A DNA stretch of 63,016 nt, the filler included, from Rhabdomonas costata (taxonomy: Eukaryota), in assembly GCA_019059605.1 (NCBI GenBank). It is 57 parts of 57 records of this genome, joined end to end, with 100 filler letters (N's around TTAATTAATTAA, not from the genome) between each part and the next. Parts side by side here need not be neighbours in the genome. Positions count along the whole stretch, not along the records: positions 59,796 to 60,802 come from JAHMHO010033944.1; positions 60,903 to 61,909 come from JAHMHO010033945.1; positions 62,010 to 63,016 come from JAHMHO010033946.1; 54 more parts are not named here. One strand, given 5' to 3'. The notes below the pieces were generated by a model. It was not told the DNA's origin and did not search any database. It saw only the letters and a list, made by a program, of their open reading frames with translations. Shown in pieces: positions 59,863 to 63,016 of the stretch; the stretch's first letter is position 1, and each line of letters begins with the position of its first letter. The position numbers and the translations under genes were made by a program.

Positions 59863-60506
59863 CGACGCTGTTGATGGACAGCGTGGCCAGATTGCCGTGG
59901 TGGTGGCACTCGTACTCCAGCCCGCGGTTGCCGTCTTGTGGGGACCCGGGCTGCCACTTCCACAGCTGAATCTGTGCAGGTGCCACCCCACACAGCCCAT
60001 TTCGTGGAGGCAGATGAAACACCAGCGACGCAAGACAGACTTGATCTGCATAGCATCATAATAAAAAATCAAGGGGAGGAGAAGAATGACGCACTTTTGC
60101 CCCGGCGGCCGACAGCAGCTTTCCATTGAAGCTGTTGAGGCAGTAGCAGGCTCCTGCAAGATAAAACGTACGTGAGGAGTTATTACGGCACCGTTCCTCT
60201 CTGAAGGTCCTTTATCATTTGGGAATAACACTGTTTTCCCGCAAAATGATGTGAAATGGTTGCGTGTGCGTGACACATTGCGCCGGACACCTGCGAAGGT
60301 GCGAAGGATGAATGAAACGGAGGACGGATCCGCTGCTGACACAATTTTCTTCCACATACAACCTTTGATTACACCGTTCTATGCACACACACAAATGCCT
60401 TTGATGTCCTTCTCGCAGACCAGACAAAGGCGGTTGTCCGTGACTTCGAACACCAGAAGGCGGCCCCGAGTGGGGTCGGGCTCCTCCAGCAGAACGTACG
60501 CCGTGC
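59863..60506 (-). CDS. DDB1: DNA damage-binding protein 1, three exons (60399-60506, 60095-60153, 59863-59971)
   Basis: Spliced GTAYVLLEEPDPTRGRLLVFEVTDNRLCLVCEKDIKG|ACYCLNSFNGKLLSAAGAK|IQLWKWQPGSPQDGNRGLEYECHHHGNLATLSINSV is colinear with the DDB1 C-terminal propeller. Confidence 0.93.
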
Positions 60507-63016
60507 CTGTAACCGCACGCGCATATCACGCACACTCGCCCACGACAGGAAGCAGCAAACGGACTCCGGTAACGGGAAGATGGGCACGTTACTTGTCTCT
60601 GAATCGCCTTACACCTCCATAGGTGCCAAACCATCACGTTTGTGAACGAGTTTGCTTCAAAAAAAAGTTCCGTTACGACGAAAGCCACAATGTAGCATAT
60701 CCCGAACTGGCTCTCTGGTGCAAGAATGGCGCGGACCCGTTTTTTCTGGCTATGAAATGATGCCAATGACAAAACACACACCACGCTTTTTATTGAAAAA
60801 CCNNNNNNNNNNNNNNNNNNNNNNNNNNNNNNNNNNNNNNNNNNNNTTAATTAATTAANNNNNNNNNNNNNNNNNNNNNNNNNNNNNNNNNNNNNNNNNN
60901 NNCTGCGCTCCTGCTCTGGGCGGGTATTTTGCCGTGACCATCAGGTGCTGTAGGATATTCCTTCTTATTTGCTACCACCTGTCACACGCCGTCTATCTGC
61001 AGAGCATCTTACGTGCCTCCTACCTCTAGCTGGTGGTCGTGGATCTGGGCTCCGCTTCTGAAAGCCTGTATCCCGACTTAGCTTTCACTAAGTGGGCGCT
61101 GCAGCGGTTTCCATAGATGGAAACACACAGTACGAGGCTGAGTTTATCCAGATCACGGTCTGGCTTCCTCTGTTTGTGGGCTGCGGTCTGTAGCCACCGC
61201 GTGGGCTATATCTTTTGTTCCTGGCTTGGGTGTGTGTTGCGTCGGGCTCTTTGGCTCCGCGCTTGCTTGCTCTAGCTGTGGGCGGGGGCTCTTTAGCTGA
61301 CGGTGTCTTGGGCAAAATGGTGGTTTAGCTGGACTTCTCTTGCTGTGGCTTCTGCTGGCTGCTAGTTTCAAAGGGGCCTTTGCTTTTGAGGGTTCCGCTG
61401 GGATGTGGGGTCATGGATATCTTGACTCTACCCAGCCGTCCGCTTACGCCTTTCACACAAAAAAACAAGGCAAGCAAGATGGAGACGGCACCAAAGCACA
61501 GCACAGAGGAAAGTGAGAAGGTTCAGCTCTCAACCTTTTTAACCATCACTCGCCTCTACCTCGCTTTTATCCTCTCTCCGCTGAGCTTTTTAGCTGCGAC
61601 CTGTAAAACCTTGGAAAATGGCAGTGGGACACCGACGCTGGATGAAAATGGTTCGACAGACCGACGTAGAAAAAGCATTGAGAAGAGAGTATGAAGAACA
61701 GAACCGCGCGAGAACAGAGAAGAGGAGATGCCAGAAGCCGCAACCAGCGCAGAGGGAAGGGGATAAAGTCCGGGCAAAGAACAAAAGAGAAATAGTGGAG
61801 CATCCCGAGGCAATAGGACATAGAAGCCGGAAGGAGGGAAGCCGAATCGGAGGGAAAAATAGACAGCGAGAAGAAGGGGCATAAAGGAGGGCAAAAGAGA
61901 ACCAAAAAANNNNNNNNNNNNNNNNNNNNNNNNNNNNNNNNNNNNNNNNNNNNTTAATTAATTAANNNNNNNNNNNNNNNNNNNNNNNNNNNNNNNNNNN
62001 NNNNNNNNNCTCTTTCTATCCAAAAATGCCGCTGTGTCTGATTCATGCCAAATCTCTCCCGCCATTTTTCATTTTTTGATCCTTTTTAGACGACCTCCGG
62101 GATGTCAACTTGACACTTGCAGTCCTGCTGCTGAAGAAGTTGCTTGCGAAGCGCGGGCAGGAGACAGAGCAAGCCCAAGTGGAGGCCTGAGATGCGGAAA
62201 GAAAAAATGAAATCACCATGTGTTTTGCCTCTTGCGTGTTGTGCTGAATGTTTGTGTGAAAGGACTTGTCTGCACTTCTGTGTGTGCGTCAGCATATGTC
62301 CGATATAGCCACATGTGGCCATGTGGCCGTTGCTCTTGACACCTGCTTCACCTTGGTGGCTTCCGCCGATTTTGTTTTCAAATTGAAAAGGTTTTTGGGA
62401 GTGAGCCTTTTTAACGAAGCGGCAACAGTAACGTTAAGGTGGCAGTGGACTCGGAGTCTTTTTCATCAAATGTGCCTGGGCTTGTCCCATTCGACCTGTT
62501 TGAGCGATTTTCTGCCATTTTAAAAAATCAGCCAACAACGGGGAATTGTACCAAACAAGTTTATTACTGCTCATTTTGTTCTTTAGTGCCTGTAACCCCC
62601 TGAAAGCTGAGCGCTCAGGTTTTTGGAACTGCCAAGAACACAGCGTCTCCAGTGCTGCGCGCAGTATCATTGTCTATTATTGTTGGCGTAGCCCTTGCCG
62701 GGAGTCAGCGCGCGGGGGAGCGTCAAAACAACACGTGTACACTAGCGACCCGTGTCCCGGGGAGCGAAGCGAACCATCACTTCTAGGAGGAACGCGCAGC
62801 GACCTGGTAAACTTAGCGCCGAGCGTCGCGACGAAGCGAAACGGGGCCCCACGAATCGCATCGAGGCACGAAGTGACCTGACAAGTAGAAGGAACGAAGC
62901 ATGATGTCACGAAGGGGCTTTATTCGTAGTATTATCATCACTCGTTCCTCCTTCCGTTCGGCCCTCAGACATCAACCCTTCTCTTCTATATACCTGTCAC
63001 TTCTCACCCCCCCACC

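Larger units (their letters stand above)
1009..62009. other. 56 artificial 100-bp contig spacers (44 N + TTAATTAATTAA + 44 N), first at 1009-1108 and last at 61910-62009
   Basis: An identical six-frame-stop linker recurs about every 1108 bp, and the flanking segments are unrelated in content. Confidence 0.99.

Noticed and set aside
1053..61965. TTAATTAATTAA recurring every ~1108 bp as a CRISPR-like or satellite array
   Set aside because: It is embedded in fixed N runs and is an artificial six-frame-stop linker.
1109..63016. G/T-rich starts and C/A-rich ends as telomeres of gene-sized nanochromosomes
   Set aside because: There is no fixed repeat unit, genes are cut mid-exon, the tails also occur on the fungal mtDNA contig, and WGA primer remnants explain them.

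Overview
This window is not a contiguous locus. It is 57 short contigs of about 1000-1009 bp joined by an artificial 100-bp spacer (44 N + TTAATTAATTAA + 44 N), so adjacency across spacers means nothing, and ORF-track entries ending in X...LIN are artefacts. Most contig ends carry G/T-only (or C/A-only) tails, and two retain a GenomePlex-type universal primer, which points to PCR-based whole-genome amplification of low-input material; several ends are fold-back chimeras. Most contigs come from an intron-rich eukaryote with GC3-rich exons, conventional GT-AG introns of about 120-550 bp and the standard code. It is probably an aerobic protist, but I cannot assign the lineage. Splicing short exons by hand, including several the ORF track misses, gives fragments of ARFRP1, Rieske FeS protein, ADP/ATP carrier, a MAP3K-type kinase, hemerythrin, dynein light chain roadblock, DDB1 (with a GC-AG intron), a SMYD-type SET protein, presequence protease, an LPCAT-like acyltransferase, a FUT8-like glycosyltransferase, an ADP-ribosyltransferase, MFS transporters, and WSC, kelch, RING, F-box and Cys-rich modules. 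There are decayed retroelements (CRE-like RT, LINE RT, Ty3/Gypsy protease, a gag-like ORF with two atypical zinc knuckles), a dispersed repeat family, and one fungal mitochondrial contig (nad3 plus 4 tRNAs) that is probably a contaminant. No multi-gene novel system can be supported from 1-kb fragments. The best leads are the spliced hemerythrin, an 881-bp circular-assembling contig carrying one ARFRP1 exon, the twin-knuckle element, the ART exon and an extreme G/T-skewed tract. Family assignments are from motif recognition by eye, not database searches.
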